Below, in pieces: positions 1 through 10,630 of a stretch of 64,000 nt of DNA. The notes beneath the pieces are model-generated. The model saw only the letters and a list, made by a program, of their open reading frames with translations. It was not told the DNA's origin and ran no database searches. Source of the stretch: Trueperaceae bacterium (GTDB taxonomy: Bacteria; Deinococcota; Deinococci; Deinococcales; Trueperaceae). The DNA lies in contig JAXHNB010000008.1 of the NCBI GenBank assembly GCA_034520945.1, positions 96,001-160,000 on the forward strand. The letters are read 5' to 3'. Made by a program: the position numbers and the translations under genes. Each line of letters starts with the position of its first letter. The first letter of the stretch is position 1.

Positions 1-69
1 CGAGCAATATCGATGCCCCTCGACGAATCGGTGGAACATGCGATGGCGACCCACGTGCCCCCTCGCCGG

Positions 70-345
70 CGATGTCGCACTGGCGACGGGTGGGCGTTCA
101 GGTATCGGATGCGCCCTGGCGCAAGGTTGGATCGACACGGACCTGAACACCGATTTCGAGGGGCCAATGGGCGACCCGGACGCGTTCCAGCGCAAGGTTG
201 GGCGCATCCATCCCGTCGGTCGTCCCGGGATCCCGGAGGACGTCGCGTCCGTCGTCGCCTTCCTCGCTGTCGACGAAGCAGCGTTCATGTCCCGTCAGGT
301 GTATGCCATGGACGGGGGAGGTTCATCCATTCGAGCCTCCCGTGA
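70..345 (+). pseudogene. Short-chain dehydrogenase (SDR) remnant, internally deleted
   Basis: ALATGGRSGIG joined directly to GWIDTDLN...HPVGRPGIPEDVASVVAFLA...VYAMDGG (SDR N- and C-terminal motifs); the catalytic middle is missing. Confidence 0.7.
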
Positions 346-428
346 TGAAGTTTCGCTCCGCGGCCCGGCTCATCGAGTGGGCAGCGCGCCCGTGGTATAC
401 GGCGCGCTGCCCGAAGCCGCCACCGTGG

Positions 429-1346
429 CTACGGCAGCTCGTCGAGGAACGCGTCGATGGCGTCTGCGTACGCAGCGGGCCGTTCGATGAAGCCCATGTG
501 CCCCGCCTGCGCGACCTCGACGACGCGGGCGTTCTGGGCGGCCTCGGCGTTCGCGGCGATCCCTTCGGGAACGATCGTGTCCTGGTCGCCGTGCACGATC
601 AACAGCGGTACGTCGATCGCCCGGAACTCCTCGAGCCAGTCCCAGTCGCCCATCGATCCGAAGATGGTGCCGAGCGTGAACTCGATGTTGGCGTCGTACT
701 CGTTGGGAAGCGCGCAGGCCTTGGCGTTCAGCACGTCGAGCACGGAATCGTCGGCCACCTGCGAGGCATTGATGATGTCGGCGATGCCGACGCAGAGGTC
801 GAATGGGTCGATGTCTTCGGCGGTCGAGGCAAGGTACGCCTCCACGGCGTCGAAGTCCGGGCCCGGGCTGAGCATCTCCATGGCGCCGAAGGGCTCGGCC
901 GCCGGCTCGATGGGGCTGAGCGCGATCACGCTGGCGACGCGATCCGGATTGCGCACTGCATACCTTTGCGCGAAGGCGCCCCAGAGCGACCAGCCCAGCA
1001 CGCTGACGCGCTCTACCCCGAAGTGATCCTGCACGCGGCCGAAATCGGCGATCTCGTGCTCCATGCCGAGCAGCGCCGCGTCGTGGATCGGGGTCGAAAA
1101 GCCCCTACCGCGCGTGTCGTAGAACACCACCGTGCGCCCCTCGGCCAACGTGGCCAGTGGGCGGGCCGCGTAAAGGTGGTTCGACACGATGAGGTCGGGG
1201 GCGCCGGAGCCGTACTTGACGTAGAACAGACGGACGTCGTCGCCGACGGAAACGAAGCCTTCTTCGATCGGCGTCTGCGCCACGACCCAGGTGGCGAAGA
1301 ACGCGGCCAGGATGCATGCGAACGCCTTTGCACGGGCACGTACCAT
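429..1346 (-). CDS. Secreted alpha/beta hydrolase
   Basis: Signal peptide MVRARAKAFACILAAFFATWVVAQ; YDTRGRGFS, GWSLWG nucleophile elbow, HGDQD, AGH. Confidence 0.85.
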   Translation of the reverse strand: MVRARAKAFACILAAFFATWVVAQTPIEEGFVSVGDDVRLFYVKYGSGAPDLIVSNHLYAARPLATLAEGRTVVFYDTRGRGFSTPIHDAALLGMEHEIADFGRVQDHFGVERVSVLGWSLWGAFAQRYAVRNPDRVASVIALSPIEPAAEPFGAMEMLSPGPDFDAVEAYLASTAEDIDPFDLCVGIADIINASQVADDSVLDVLNAKACALPNEYDANIEFTLGTIFGSMGDWDWLEEFRAIDVPLLIVHGDQDTIVPEGIAANAEAAQNARVVEVAQAGHMGFIERPAAYADAIDAFLDELP

Positions 1347-1591
1347 GCTCTCTCTCCCTCTCGTCCGAGGACCATCACCCAGTGCACGACCTGGTTTCGG
1401 CCAGGCCGTACGCCGCCAGCAGCAACCTCCTTTCCTCCCATGGTGAACACGAGCATAGCGCAAAAGCATGCAAGTGCATGCACATGCATCACGGCGTCGA
1501 GGTCGGACGCGTTCCCGTCGACCATTCTGCGGCGTCGCGGTGGTCGGCACCTGCCGCGTCGGGGTGGCACGACGCGCGGCCTTGCGCCCTC

Positions 1592-1870
1592 CTACTTCAC
1601 GCTCCCCGGTGTGATGCCGCTGATGAAGAAGCGCTGGAGGAAGAAGATCGCCAGGTGCGGCAGCTCCACCAGCGTCGAGGTGGCCATGAGCAGGTCGCAC
1701 TGCGAGTCGTGGGTGGACGATTGGAACTGCAGGCAGACGTGCCACATGATCCGTAGCTCATTTGCACCGTCGATGCGGGCCGCCTCGCAGATCTCGCTGG
1801 GGATCTGCATCAGGAACTGCCGTAGCAGGAAGGTGTAGAACGGGTTGCCGAAGAACGTCGGGACCACTCC
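1592..1870 (-). pseudogene. Carbohydrate ABC permease C-terminal fragment
   Basis: FLLRQFLMQIPSEICEAARIDGA (EAA loop) and FFLQRFFISGI; N-terminus and an internal segment are missing. Confidence 0.75.
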
Positions 1871-2080
1871 GGGATGCCGCCGGGCGCACAGCGCACGCGG
1901 AGGCGATGGAGGCACGACACGCGGACGCGTAGGGCGGAGAGATTCCGTTGCCACGCAAGCCGTGCGTCGCGCGTCGAGGCGGGACGCGACGCGGGCGCCG
2001 ACCGGGCAACCTACGGCGGCCTATGCTGAGGCACGCGAGACGGCCCCCGCGTACGTGGGTGCGGAGCGGAAGGGGGGACG

Positions 2081-3564
2081 GTGGTTTTGGACGCCCTTGA
2101 AGGCGGCCGTGACGCGTACGCCCGCGCGGACTGGCCCGAGGCCTGCCGGTGCCTGGAGCAGGCCGACCGCGCCGGTGGCCTGGGCGGCGAGGACCTGTGG
2201 CGCCTCGCGGTCGCCTCTCACCTCACGGGGCGGTGCGATCGCTTCGCCGCGTTCCTCGAGCGGGCGTGCGCCCTGCACCGCGAGGCAGGCGTGTACGCGG
2301 AGGCGGCCTGGTGCGCGTTCTGGTTGGGCCTAGACCTGATGGATCACGGCGAGGCGGCGCGCGGCTCGGGCTGGTTGGCGCGGGCGGAGCGGCTGGTCGC
2401 GCAGGTGCCGGAGCGTTGCGTGACCGAAGGGTGGCTGCTGATCCCGCAGGTGCAGATGCGGTTGGGCGAAGGGGCGCACGAAGAGGCACTGGCGCTGGCC
2501 CAGCGCGCCACCGCGGTGGCGGACGAGCTCGGGAACGCCGACCTGCATGCGTTCGCCCTGCACGCGCAGGGCTTGGCGCACGTGCGCATGGCGTGCGTGA
2601 GGGAGGGACTGGCGCTGCTGGACGAGGCGATGGTGGCGGTGACAGGAGAGACGCTGCTGCCGTTCGTCACCGGCATCGTGTACTGCTCCGTCATCTCCGC
2701 CTGCCGCGAGGTGTACGCCCTGGACCGGGCGCGCGCCTGGACGGCCGCGCTGCACGACTGGTGCGAGGGGCAACCCGGCCTGGTGCCGTTCGCCGGCACG
2801 TGTCTGGTGCACCGCGCCGAGGTGCTGCAGCAAAGCGGTGCATGGACGGACGCCTACGAGGAGGCGCGACGCGCCGAGGCACTCTGCCGCCAGGACGGCG
2901 ACCCGGCGGACGTGGCCGCTGCGCACTACGTGCAGGCCGATCTGTTGCGATTGCGAGGCCGCTATGGCGAAGCGGAGGCCGCCTACGAGGAGGCGGCACG
3001 CGCCGGCCGTGACCCGCAGCCGGGCCTCGCGCTGCTACGCGCCGGCCAAGGCAAGCACGGTGTGGCGCGTTCGGCCTCGTCACCGCCCACGCCCGCGGCG
3101 CGGTGGCGTTGGCGCGGGGCGACGCCGCCGACGCGCTGGCCTCGTTGCGCGCCGCCTGGCGTGGCTGGCAGGCGCAGGAGGCGCCGTACGAGGCGGCCCG
3201 CACGCGCGAACTTGTGGGACGCGCCTGCGCGTCGCTCGGCGACACCGAAACCGCCGCGCTGGAACTGGACGCCGCGTGGGCGTCCTACCGCCGCCTCGGC
3301 GCCGCGCCCGACCTGGCGCGGCTCGACCAGGCCGACGAGGCGGTGAGTGCGCCCAGGCACGGCCTGACCGCGCGCGAGCTCGAGGTGCTCCGCCTGGTGG
3401 CGGCCGGTCATTCGAACAAGCGGATCGCCGGTCAACTCGACCTGAGCGTACGCACCATCGAGCGGCACCTCGCCAACGTGTTCGCGAAGCTCGATGTGGG
3501 TTCGCGTTCGGAGGCTACTGCCTATTCCTTCGAGCACGGCCTGGTCCGAACCCAGACTACGTAG
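2081..3564 (+). pseudogene. TPR + LuxR-HTH transcriptional regulator, frameshifted/deleted near 3060-3100
   Basis: ORF 2081.. (GIVYCSVI..C, GLVPFAGTCLVHRAE) continues in the frame of ORF 3103..3564, which ends with LuxR HTH LTARELEVLRLVAAGHSNKRIA..LSVRTIERH. Confidence 0.8.
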
Positions 3565-3679
3565 AAACCCCCACGCCCACCGGTCGGACCTGCGTGGTCA
3601 CCCCGATGCGCCGCGCATGGCGGACCCCCTAGCGTAGGTGCGTACGACGCCGACGTCGCGCCCAAGGAGAGGGAAGACC

Positions 3680-5092
3680 ATGCAAGAGGCTATACGGAAC
3701 ACACGTGCGCAGCAGACGTCCCGCAACCCGCGCCCCCGCGCAGAACGGGCGGTCGTGCTCGGCGCAGGCCTGGCCAGCCGGACCGCGGCCGCGGCCCTCG
3801 CCCCCCGTGCCGGGCACGTCACCGTGCTGGACCGCGACGCGCTGTCGCGGGTGGACGAGGCCCGCAAGGGCGTGCCGCAGGGGAAGCACATCCACCTGCT
3901 GGTGCCCGCAGGCCGTGCCGCCCTGGAGCGGCTCTTGCCCGGCGTCACCGACGAGTTGGCGGCCGCCGGCGCGCAGATCCTGAACCGGGCCGGCGACTTC
4001 GCCATCCACATCGGCGGTGGGCGCCTGAACGTGCAGGGCCTCCACCCCGACTTCGTGCTGATCGGCGCGACCCGCCCGTTGATCGAGGGCGTGGTCCGCG
4101 AGCGCGTGCGGGCGCTGACGAACGTGGAGATCCTCGGCGGACGCGAGGCGCGCGGGTTGATCGCGTCGGGCTCGAACGGGGCGGTGACGGGCGTCCGCGT
4201 CCGGCCGAAGGGCGAGGCGGCGGCCGAGGAGACGCTGCCCGCCGACCTGGTGGTGGACGCCACCGGGCGCGGCTCCCGCGCGCCGCGCTGGCTGGAGGAG
4301 CTCGGTTACGAGGCGCCGCACGAGGAGAGCGTCCGCATCGACGTGCGCTACGCCACCCGCATGTTCCGGCGCCCGCCGGGCCGGCCCGACGGCGTGCGCA
4401 ACGTGCTCATCGGCGCGCTGCCCGGCGAGGGGCGCGGGGCCGTCGCGCTGGCCGTGGAGGGCGACCGCTGGATCGTGACGCTCAGTGGCATGTTCGGCGA
4501 GCAACCCCCCACCGCGTTGAGCGATTTCCGCGCCTACGCCCGCTCCTTGTGGTGCGGCGACGTGCACGCCATCGCCGCGCGCGAAGAGCCGCTGGGCGAG
4601 GCCACCACCGCCAGCTTCCCCGCCAACGTGCGGCGCGGCTACGACCGTCTGCGCGGACACCCGCCCGGCTTCGTGGTGCTGGGCGATGCCATGTGCGCGT
4701 TCAACCCCACCTACGGGCAGGGCATGAGCGTGGCCACGCTCGAGGCGGAGGCGCTGGCCGGCGCGCTGGAGCGCGCGGGCACGGCTCGGATCGGCAAGAC
4801 CTTCTACCGCGCAGCGCGGCCGATCGCCGACAACGCCTGGGCGCAGGCGGTGGACGACGACCTGCAACACCCGCAGGCGGCGGGACCCCGTTCGCTTCGG
4901 TGGCGGCTCACCAGTGCCTACATGGCCCGCTTGTTGCCCGCGGCGCATCGCGATCCGGCGGTGGGGCAGGCGTTCCTGAACGTGATGGGGATGCTGGCGG
5001 CGCCGCCCAGCGTGCTGCGTCCCGGCGTGGCCCGGCGGGTGCTGTTCGGGGGCCGGCGGCCCGCAAAGGCGTACGCGGCGGTGGGGTCGTAG
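3680..5092 (+). CDS. FAD-dependent oxidoreductase/monooxygenase
   Basis: VVLGAGLA, RKGVPQGKHIH, DLVVDATGRGS, LGDAMCAFNPTYGQGMS motifs; purine-rich RBS before ATG 3680. Confidence 0.85.
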   Translation: MQEAIRNTRAQQTSRNPRPRAERAVVLGAGLASRTAAAALAPRAGHVTVLDRDALSRVDEARKGVPQGKHIHLLVPAGRAALERLLPGVTDELAAAGAQILNRAGDFAIHIGGGRLNVQGLHPDFVLIGATRPLIEGVVRERVRALTNVEILGGREARGLIASGSNGAVTGVRVRPKGEAAAEETLPADLVVDATGRGSRAPRWLEELGYEAPHEESVRIDVRYATRMFRRPPGRPDGVRNVLIGALPGEGRGAVALAVEGDRWIVTLSGMFGEQPPTALSDFRAYARSLWCGDVHAIAAREEPLGEATTASFPANVRRGYDRLRGHPPGFVVLGDAMCAFNPTYGQGMSVATLEAEALAGALERAGTARIGKTFYRAARPIADNAWAQAVDDDLQHPQAAGPRSLRWRLTSAYMARLLPAAHRDPAVGQAFLNVMGMLAAPPSVLRPGVARRVLFGGRRPAKAYAAVGS

Positions 5093-5129
5093 GGGGCGGT
5101 GAGGGGAGGGGCGCAACCTCGACGCCCGC

Positions 5130-5372
5130 GTAGGCGGTGCTTTTGCGCGGAGTCGCCTTCCTGCTGCAGTGAAGTGAGGTGGAGGGCCGTTCGGCTCGGC
5201 CGTGGGGACGGTTCCAGTGCATCCAGGCGGCGATCTCCTGGACCTGAACCTGTCCGTCGTGCAGCACGACGCGCAGGTCGTTCGCGAGCACCGCTGGGTG
5301 GGGAGCTTGGGTAAGCGCGACGATGGCGAGCGCCCCCGCCAGAATGAGCAGGATCGAAGGGGTATGGTTCAT
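5130..5372 (-). pseudogene. Collapsed paralog of the secreted protein at 29607-30563
   Basis: Signal peptide fused to AVLANDLRVVLHDGQVQVQEIAAWMHWNRPHG, which matches PLLANDLHLVRLAGGEDVADVAAWMDWSNPGG of the 29.6 kb gene. Confidence 0.65.
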
Positions 5373-5431
5373 GGCATCCCTCCTCCGCCCGAACCGTAGG
5401 GGCTTGGGCGTGACGCGGGCGTGATGCCGGC

Positions 5432-5704
5432 GTGGGGGATCCGTTCCACGCGCTGGCGGCGCCGGCGCGGCGCGCCATCCTCGGTGCGCTACGCGTGCCC
5501 GACGAGCAGACGCTGTTCGAGTTGTGCAGCCGCCTCACGATGGTTCACGGCGTGAACCTCACGCGCCAGGCGGTCTCCCAACACCTCGAGGTGCTCGAGG
5601 ACGCCGGCCTCGTGCGCACGCGGACGGAGGGCCGCTACGAGTTTCACTCCCTCGATCCGGCGCCGCTCCGTGGGCTCTTGGGTCGCTGGTTGGACGAGCC
5701 CTGA
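5432..5704 (+). CDS. ArsR/SmtB-family HTH regulator
   Basis: FHALAAPARRAIL..LTRQAVSQHLEVLEDAGLV. Confidence 0.85.
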   Translation: MGDPFHALAAPARRAILGALRVPDEQTLFELCSRLTMVHGVNLTRQAVSQHLEVLEDAGLVRTRTEGRYEFHSLDPAPLRGLLGRWLDEP

Positions 5705-5778
5705 ACCGCGAACCCGCCACAGGCGGAGCCGCACCGCGCTTGCGGATCCCGGTCCGCAGATTCGAAGGGACGGACGAC

Positions 5779-6165
5779 ATGCGCATCTACATCACGAGCG
5801 TCTTCGTCGACGATCAGGAGAAGGCCCTGGCGTTCTATCGGGACGTGCTGGGGTTCGCGCCCAAGCACGACATTCCCATGGGGGAGGACCGTTGGCTCAC
5901 CGTGACCTCTTCGGAGGCGCCGGAGGGGCCGCAACTGTTGTTGGAACCGTCGGGCCACCCGGCGGTGCCGCCGTTCAAGCAGGCGTTGGTGCGCGACGGG
6001 ATTCCCGCTGCGTCCTTCGCGGTGGACGACGTGCAGGCGGAGTACGAGCGGCTGCAGGAGCGCGGGGTGCTGTTCACGCAAGCGCCGGTGACGATGGGTG
6101 AGGTGACGATGGCGGTGTTCGACGACACCTGCGGCAACCTGGTGCAGATCGTGGCGGGTGGGTAG
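5779..6165 (+). CDS. VOC/glyoxalase family protein
   Basis: MRIYITSVFVDDQEKALAFYRDVLGF...AVFDDTCGNLVQI. Confidence 0.9.
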   Translation: MRIYITSVFVDDQEKALAFYRDVLGFAPKHDIPMGEDRWLTVTSSEAPEGPQLLLEPSGHPAVPPFKQALVRDGIPAASFAVDDVQAEYERLQERGVLFTQAPVTMGEVTMAVFDDTCGNLVQIVAGG

Positions 6166-6207
6166 ACGTGCTGAGGGGCGGGTGCGAGCGTATGAGAGGA
6201 TGGAAAC

Positions 6208-6471
6208 ATGCCCGACGACGACGCTCGTACGTACGCTTGGTCTGGTGCGAGCAACGAACCGCACGGGGACGAAAGCTACGAGGACGGTATGCTCGGTCGC
6301 ATCCTGGACGACGCGACCCGCGTGCTCGGTAGCGAGGAGGAGGCGCGCCGCTGGCTGCATACGCAGATCGTCAGCCTCGGCGGTCGGCGTCCCATCGAGC
6401 ATCTCACCAGCCTCGAAGGGTACGAGCGCGTCAAGAACACCCTCGCCAAGATCGAGCACGGGATGTACTGA
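6208..6471 (+). CDS. Orphan Xre/MbcA/ParS antitoxin C-terminal domain
   Basis: ATRVLGSEEEARRWL..SLGGRRPIEHL..EGYERV..KIEHGMY; paralogous to the C-terminus of 25134-25631; no RES toxin follows. Confidence 0.75.
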   Translation: MPDDDARTYAWSGASNEPHGDESYEDGMLGRILDDATRVLGSEEEARRWLHTQIVSLGGRRPIEHLTSLEGYERVKNTLAKIEHGMY

Positions 6472-6510
6472 GCCACCAGATAGTGGCGTTCCACAGGTTC
6501 TCCACACATT

Positions 6511-6612
6511 GCGTGCGAAGCGCCGTTCGACCTGCCCGAGTGGGCATCACCAGCATCGCAAAAGCCGGACGCGCTGGGGCCGGTTGTTGGGTCGCAGCCT
6601 AGAAGGGGCGAG
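6511..6612. repeat. ~100 bp dispersed repeat, copy 1
   Basis: gcgtgcgaagcgccgttcRacctgcccgagtgggcatcac...gcagcctag also occurs at 58566-58668. Confidence 0.85.
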
Positions 6613-6767
6613 TCGGATGCCGACCGTGGCGATCGGTCCGCAACGTGCAGAGCCCCCACGCTGGAGCGCGTGGGGGCTCGAATCGGTGCCAGGTTCGTGT
6701 GCACGAGCCGAGGCACACGTTCGTAGGGGGAACGAGCGAATACGGCATGAAGCCGGTCGCAGTCAGT

Positions 6768-8633
6768 TCATGGACCCTCGGCGTCGCCCTCCTCTACCGT
6801 GATCGTGGTTCGTGCGCCCAGTTCGTAGCCGTCGTCCCAGAAGAACCGGATCTCGTACGCCCCCGGCTCCGACGGCGCGACGAATTGCGCGTAGCCCGTC
6901 GGACCGGCGACGTACTGCCAGTCTTCGAAGCTCTCCATCGGCGCATCTACGTTCGCGACCCCGAGCCAGTCCCTGGGGTTGCCTTGCCCATTCGCGTAGA
7001 GGACTTCGATGGGTTCGCCCGGGGCGTACGCGTCCGCGGTGGTCGTCACGGCCGGGTCGTCGGTGCGTTCCGCGAGGGCGGCGGCCTGCTCGGCGAGGGG
7101 CCCACGGCGAGCCAGGTCGACCTTGCCGCCGGGCTGGCAGTTCACGCTGGGGCCGGCGTTGATGTCCCCCTCCGGTCGGGGAATGTCGTAGAAGGCCTGG
7201 ATTCGCGCGTCCAAGCCGTCGACGAGCGCTTCACCCATGCGGAGCGCGTTGCGGGCTTCGGTGTTGCTGTAGTACGTCAGGTACTCGCCAGCCAGATCGT
7301 CGTCACCAGCGTCCAGCAGGCGCGTGGCGATGGCCTCGACGCTCACCAGATCCTCGATCCAACCGTTTTCGTAGCTTTCGAGCGTCTCCGTCACGTCCGG
7401 AAGGAAGCGCCCTGGGTCGGAACAGGTGTAGTACATCAGGCGCTTGAAGGTCCGGTACGCGAAGGGGGTGGCCTCCTGCAACTGGTATTCGGCGTTCAGG
7501 AACTCGGAGCCGGCGTCCCGGTAGAGGTAGCGATGCTTCCCGAACTCCGGCGGCACGTCCGTCGCGCCGATGTGCCAAGGAACGAACGGCGCCGTCACCG
7601 AACCGGTCGGCGCGACCCACAGGCGGGCCAGTTCAGCGTGTTCCAGATCGTCGCGAAGCTCCGCCACCTGCCCGTACCCGTTGGTGTCGCTGGACACGGC
7701 GGGATCCCGCACGACGGCCATGAACTCCCGCAGCGTGACGGGGGCGAGCTCGCGCAGGCGTGCCTCGAAGTCCTGGACGGTGCTCGAGGGCGTGGCGTTC
7801 GCGGCGTAGACCTGCTGCGGGTCGAAGGCCTCACCGGCCTCGGGGTCGTACCAGCCCTGCTCGACCGCGAAGGGGATGAAGTTGTCGGACGCCAGGAACT
7901 GGGCGTCCTCGCCCCCCTCGACCTGCATGGCGTCGAAATCGATGTGATCGCGCGGAATGGGGTTCAGGTACGCGGGGTACGACATCCGCACCTCGTCCGG
8001 CCCGAGACGCTCGGCGACCCACAAGCCCTGACCGCCGGCGTACTGGATCATGACCCACCCCTCGTTGGAGTCAGCAAACAGGTGCGAGTTGCCCCCGTAG
8101 GTCGAGAAGCCGTGCTCGTCGATCACCGCGCCGACGATCTCGACGGCTTCCCGCGCGGTGGTCGCGCGTTCCATGGCGATGCGCGCCAGGTCGCTGTACT
8201 GCGGACCGCGCTGCGGGTCAGGGGTCATCTCCCTGAGTTCGTTGCGCGAGGGCGACCAGATGTCCCTACCGGCGACCTGGTGCTCGTTCAGCCCCCCGTT
8301 GGTCAGCGGGGGCGGGAATCCGGCGAAGTCGGAGTAGTTCGAGGTGATGTACTTGAACGTCGTCTCGACCTGCGGGATCTCCGTGAATTCCCCCGGGTAC
8401 CGGGCTTCCTCGGTGACCCCAACCCGGATCGTCTCGCCCGGCTCGTGCGTCTGGCGCGGCACGATCTCCAGCCAGTGGCCCGAAACCTCGTCGCCGCTAC
8501 CCCCGAGGAAAACGGTGCCATTCTCGGTGAGGTTCTTGCCGACGTAGAGTCCATAACTCGCGTAGGCAGCCGACGACGCCATCAAGACGGCAACCGCAAT
8601 GAGCAAACACGTGTAAAGTCGCGTGCGGATCAT
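6768..8633 (-). CDS. Secreted C69-family (Ntn-hydrolase) dipeptidase with C-terminal beta-sandwich domain
   Basis: Signal peptide ending AYA, then SYGLYVGKNLT; GGLNEHQVA, MERATTAREAVEIVG; C-terminal YAPGEPIEV..DWLGV..PGAYEIRFF. Confidence 0.8.
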   Translation of the reverse strand: MIRTRLYTCLLIAVAVLMASSAAYASYGLYVGKNLTENGTVFLGGSGDEVSGHWLEIVPRQTHEPGETIRVGVTEEARYPGEFTEIPQVETTFKYITSNYSDFAGFPPPLTNGGLNEHQVAGRDIWSPSRNELREMTPDPQRGPQYSDLARIAMERATTAREAVEIVGAVIDEHGFSTYGGNSHLFADSNEGWVMIQYAGGQGLWVAERLGPDEVRMSYPAYLNPIPRDHIDFDAMQVEGGEDAQFLASDNFIPFAVEQGWYDPEAGEAFDPQQVYAANATPSSTVQDFEARLRELAPVTLREFMAVVRDPAVSSDTNGYGQVAELRDDLEHAELARLWVAPTGSVTAPFVPWHIGATDVPPEFGKHRYLYRDAGSEFLNAEYQLQEATPFAYRTFKRLMYYTCSDPGRFLPDVTETLESYENGWIEDLVSVEAIATRLLDAGDDDLAGEYLTYYSNTEARNALRMGEALVDGLDARIQAFYDIPRPEGDINAGPSVNCQPGGKVDLARRGPLAEQAAALAERTDDPAVTTTADAYAPGEPIEVLYANGQGNPRDWLGVANVDAPMESFEDWQYVAGPTGYAQFVAPSEPGAYEIRFFWDDGYELGARTTITVEEGDAEGP

Positions 8634-8886
8634 ATGTGTACCTCCTTAAGAAGGGTACACGACCTTCGTGAGAAGATCGACGCAGTTGCGCCCATTGCCG
8701 AGAACGGTGGTGTCGACGCACGGGTCAGGCACGCCGATCCGCTTGGCGAGTCCCCGACGCACGCCGGTCGGCCGCGTATCATGCCGCCGAAGCGCTGCCG
8801 CGCTGTTCGAGGAGCTCGCGGCCCTGACGGAGGCGGGCTTCGAGGACGACCGGGCGCAGGGGTACGCGTAGGGTCTCGCGCGTCGT

Positions 8887-9249
8887 TCAGGGGCCGGTGA
8901 CGTGCACCTCGTCGGATCCCTCGCGGAACGCTTCGTCGCGGCGGTCCCACAGCGTTCCCTGCCAACCGCTGATCCGGCCCTGGTCCTCGCACTCGGGACA
9001 GATCCAGAGGATTGCGTTTCCGTCTTCGTCTGGCGAGGCGATGATGGTGCCGGGGCACGGCCTGTGGCCTGGCTTGCGGCGGCACGCGACGTTGGTCGGG
9101 TTCGGGGCGTACAGTTCCCAGATCGTCACCCACTCGACGATCGCGCCTTGGAACCGGGCGAGCGTTCGCGCCGGGCCGGGAATGTCTTCGGGAAGCCTGC
9201 CTTCCGGGTCGAGGAAGTCGCGAATGTAGGTGACGGTCATGGTTGGCAT
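8887..9249 (-). CDS. Hypothetical Cys-rich (probable Zn-ribbon) protein
   Basis: CRRKPGHRPCPG and WICPECEDQGRISGWQGTLWD; TACGAT 6 nt upstream of the ATG. Confidence 0.7.
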   Translation of the reverse strand: MPTMTVTYIRDFLDPEGRLPEDIPGPARTLARFQGAIVEWVTIWELYAPNPTNVACRRKPGHRPCPGTIIASPDEDGNAILWICPECEDQGRISGWQGTLWDRRDEAFREGSDEVHVTGP

Positions 9250-9370
9250 GGCGCGATCGTAGCGGAACGCGTGCCGGCGCGGTCCAGGCAGGGCCGATGT
9301 GACGTGCTCACGCCTCACGTTCGGCGAAGGCCATGACGAAGCCCTGACTGCGCCTTACGCGAGCGCGGCC

Positions 9371-9763
9371 CTACAGCGCCGACGCCACGTCCGTATGACC
9401 GAAGTCGCTGCCCTTGAACAGGAGCGGCTCACTCACGGCTTGCGCGAGTGCGTAGGCGAAGCAGTCGCCGAAATTCAGTCGGGCAGGATGTCCGCTTCCC
9501 TTGCCGAAGTCGCGGTAGGCGGCGCGCGCTTCCGCTCCTTGCTCGACCGTGACGGGTTCGATGCGTACGCGCGCAGTGTGGAGCAGTTCGTCGAGCCGGC
9601 GGCTGGCGATCGGATCGCGCGAGCCGTCGATGACGGCGCCGGTCTCGACGTACGACGCGACCGACAGGCGTCGAACGTCGGCGGCGGCGATCGCCCGAGC
9701 GAAGGTCGCCGCATCGGGCTCGGCACGCAGGATGGCGACGAGCGCCGAGGTGTCGATCACCAT
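9371..9763 (-). CDS. vapC: VapC PIN-domain toxin
   Basis: [12 protein letters not shown]...[20 protein letters not shown]. Confidence 0.92.
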   Translation of the reverse strand: MVIDTSALVAILRAEPDAATFARAIAAADVRRLSVASYVETGAVIDGSRDPIASRRLDELLHTARVRIEPVTVEQGAEARAAYRDFGKGSGHPARLNFGDCFAYALAQAVSEPLLFKGSDFGHTDVASAL

Positions 9764-9779
9764 GGCCGGCGGACGCCCG

Positions 9780-10034
9780 TCACCGGGGCAGGCCGGCGTC
9801 GTCGTAGAGCAGGGTCGCGTGGTCGGTACTGGCGTACGGCTCGCGCAGGTGCGCAGCGCAGTCGCGGCCGATGTCGAGGAGCTCGTCCGCGAGCACTGGG
9901 CGCCGTGTATGGCGCTCGCGCTCCAAGCGTTGACGCAGCGCTTCGGTCACGGCGGCGGTGAGCGATTCGCCCGTCATGTCGGCGAGCTCGCGCGCCAGGC
10001 GGTGGGCGTCATGGTTCTTGATGTTCAAGCCCAT
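9780..10034 (-). CDS. vapB: VapB antitoxin (Rv0623-like)
   Basis: [33 protein letters not shown]...LLYDDAGLP; directly upstream of vapC. Confidence 0.9.
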   Translation of the reverse strand: MGLNIKNHDAHRLARELADMTGESLTAAVTEALRQRLERERHTRRPVLADELLDIGRDCAAHLREPYASTDHATLLYDDAGLPR

Positions 10035-10050
10035 GGTAGATATCTACCAT
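10033..10050. promoter_or_regulatory. Perfect 18-bp palindrome at the vapB start (probable autorepression operator)
   Basis: atggtagat-atctaccat. Confidence 0.7.
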
Positions 10051-10214
10051 TTTTCGATAGCGTTCTACCGGTCTTTGACGTGCGGTCCTCTTGAGGGCGC
10101 GCGGTGAGCCGGGTACGCGACTCCGCACGACCGGCCTGTCGATCGACGATGCGGACGCCCTGATCGTTCTGCCGACCGCCGGCGTTCGTTGCGCGTCCTG
10201 ACCCGGAGCGAAGC

Positions 10215-10630
10215 ATCGACGCGGAGGAGGCGACGCGGCGGTCGATCCTCCGCTACCTGGCGGCGTTCGGCCCCGCGTCGCGGCGGGACTTCGCGCAGTT
10301 CGCGCTGCTGCGGCAGGCCGAGGTCCGTCCCGCCTTCGAGACCCTGGGCGACACGCTGGTGACGATGGAGGGGCCGGGCGGTGCGACGCTGTACGACGTG
10401 CCGGGCGCGCCGCTGCCGGGCGAGGATGCCCCCGCGCCGCCGCGGCTGCTGGGGATGTGGGATTCGGTGCTGCTGGCCTACGCGGACCGGAGCCGCGTGA
10501 TCCCCGAAGACTACCGCCCGCACGTGATCCGCCGGAACGGCGACGTGTTGCCGAGCGTGCTGGTGGACGGGATGGTCGCTGGCGTGTGGCGACATGCGGA
10601 CGGCGGCATAGAGGTGATCGCGTTCGGCCG
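10215..10630 (+). pseudogene. AlkZ/YcaQ-like winged-helix DNA glycosylase fragment
   Basis: RYLAAFGPASRRDFAQF, PPRLLGMWDSVLLAYADRSR, VLVDGMVAGVW; both ends are missing. Confidence 0.75.

Noticed and set aside
6645..8900. Long antisense and alternate-frame ORFs (e.g. 6645-8900 +, 24489-26447 -, 28297-30195 -, 31044-32876 -)
   Set aside because: Shadow ORFs of real genes, expected in high-GC DNA; no motifs
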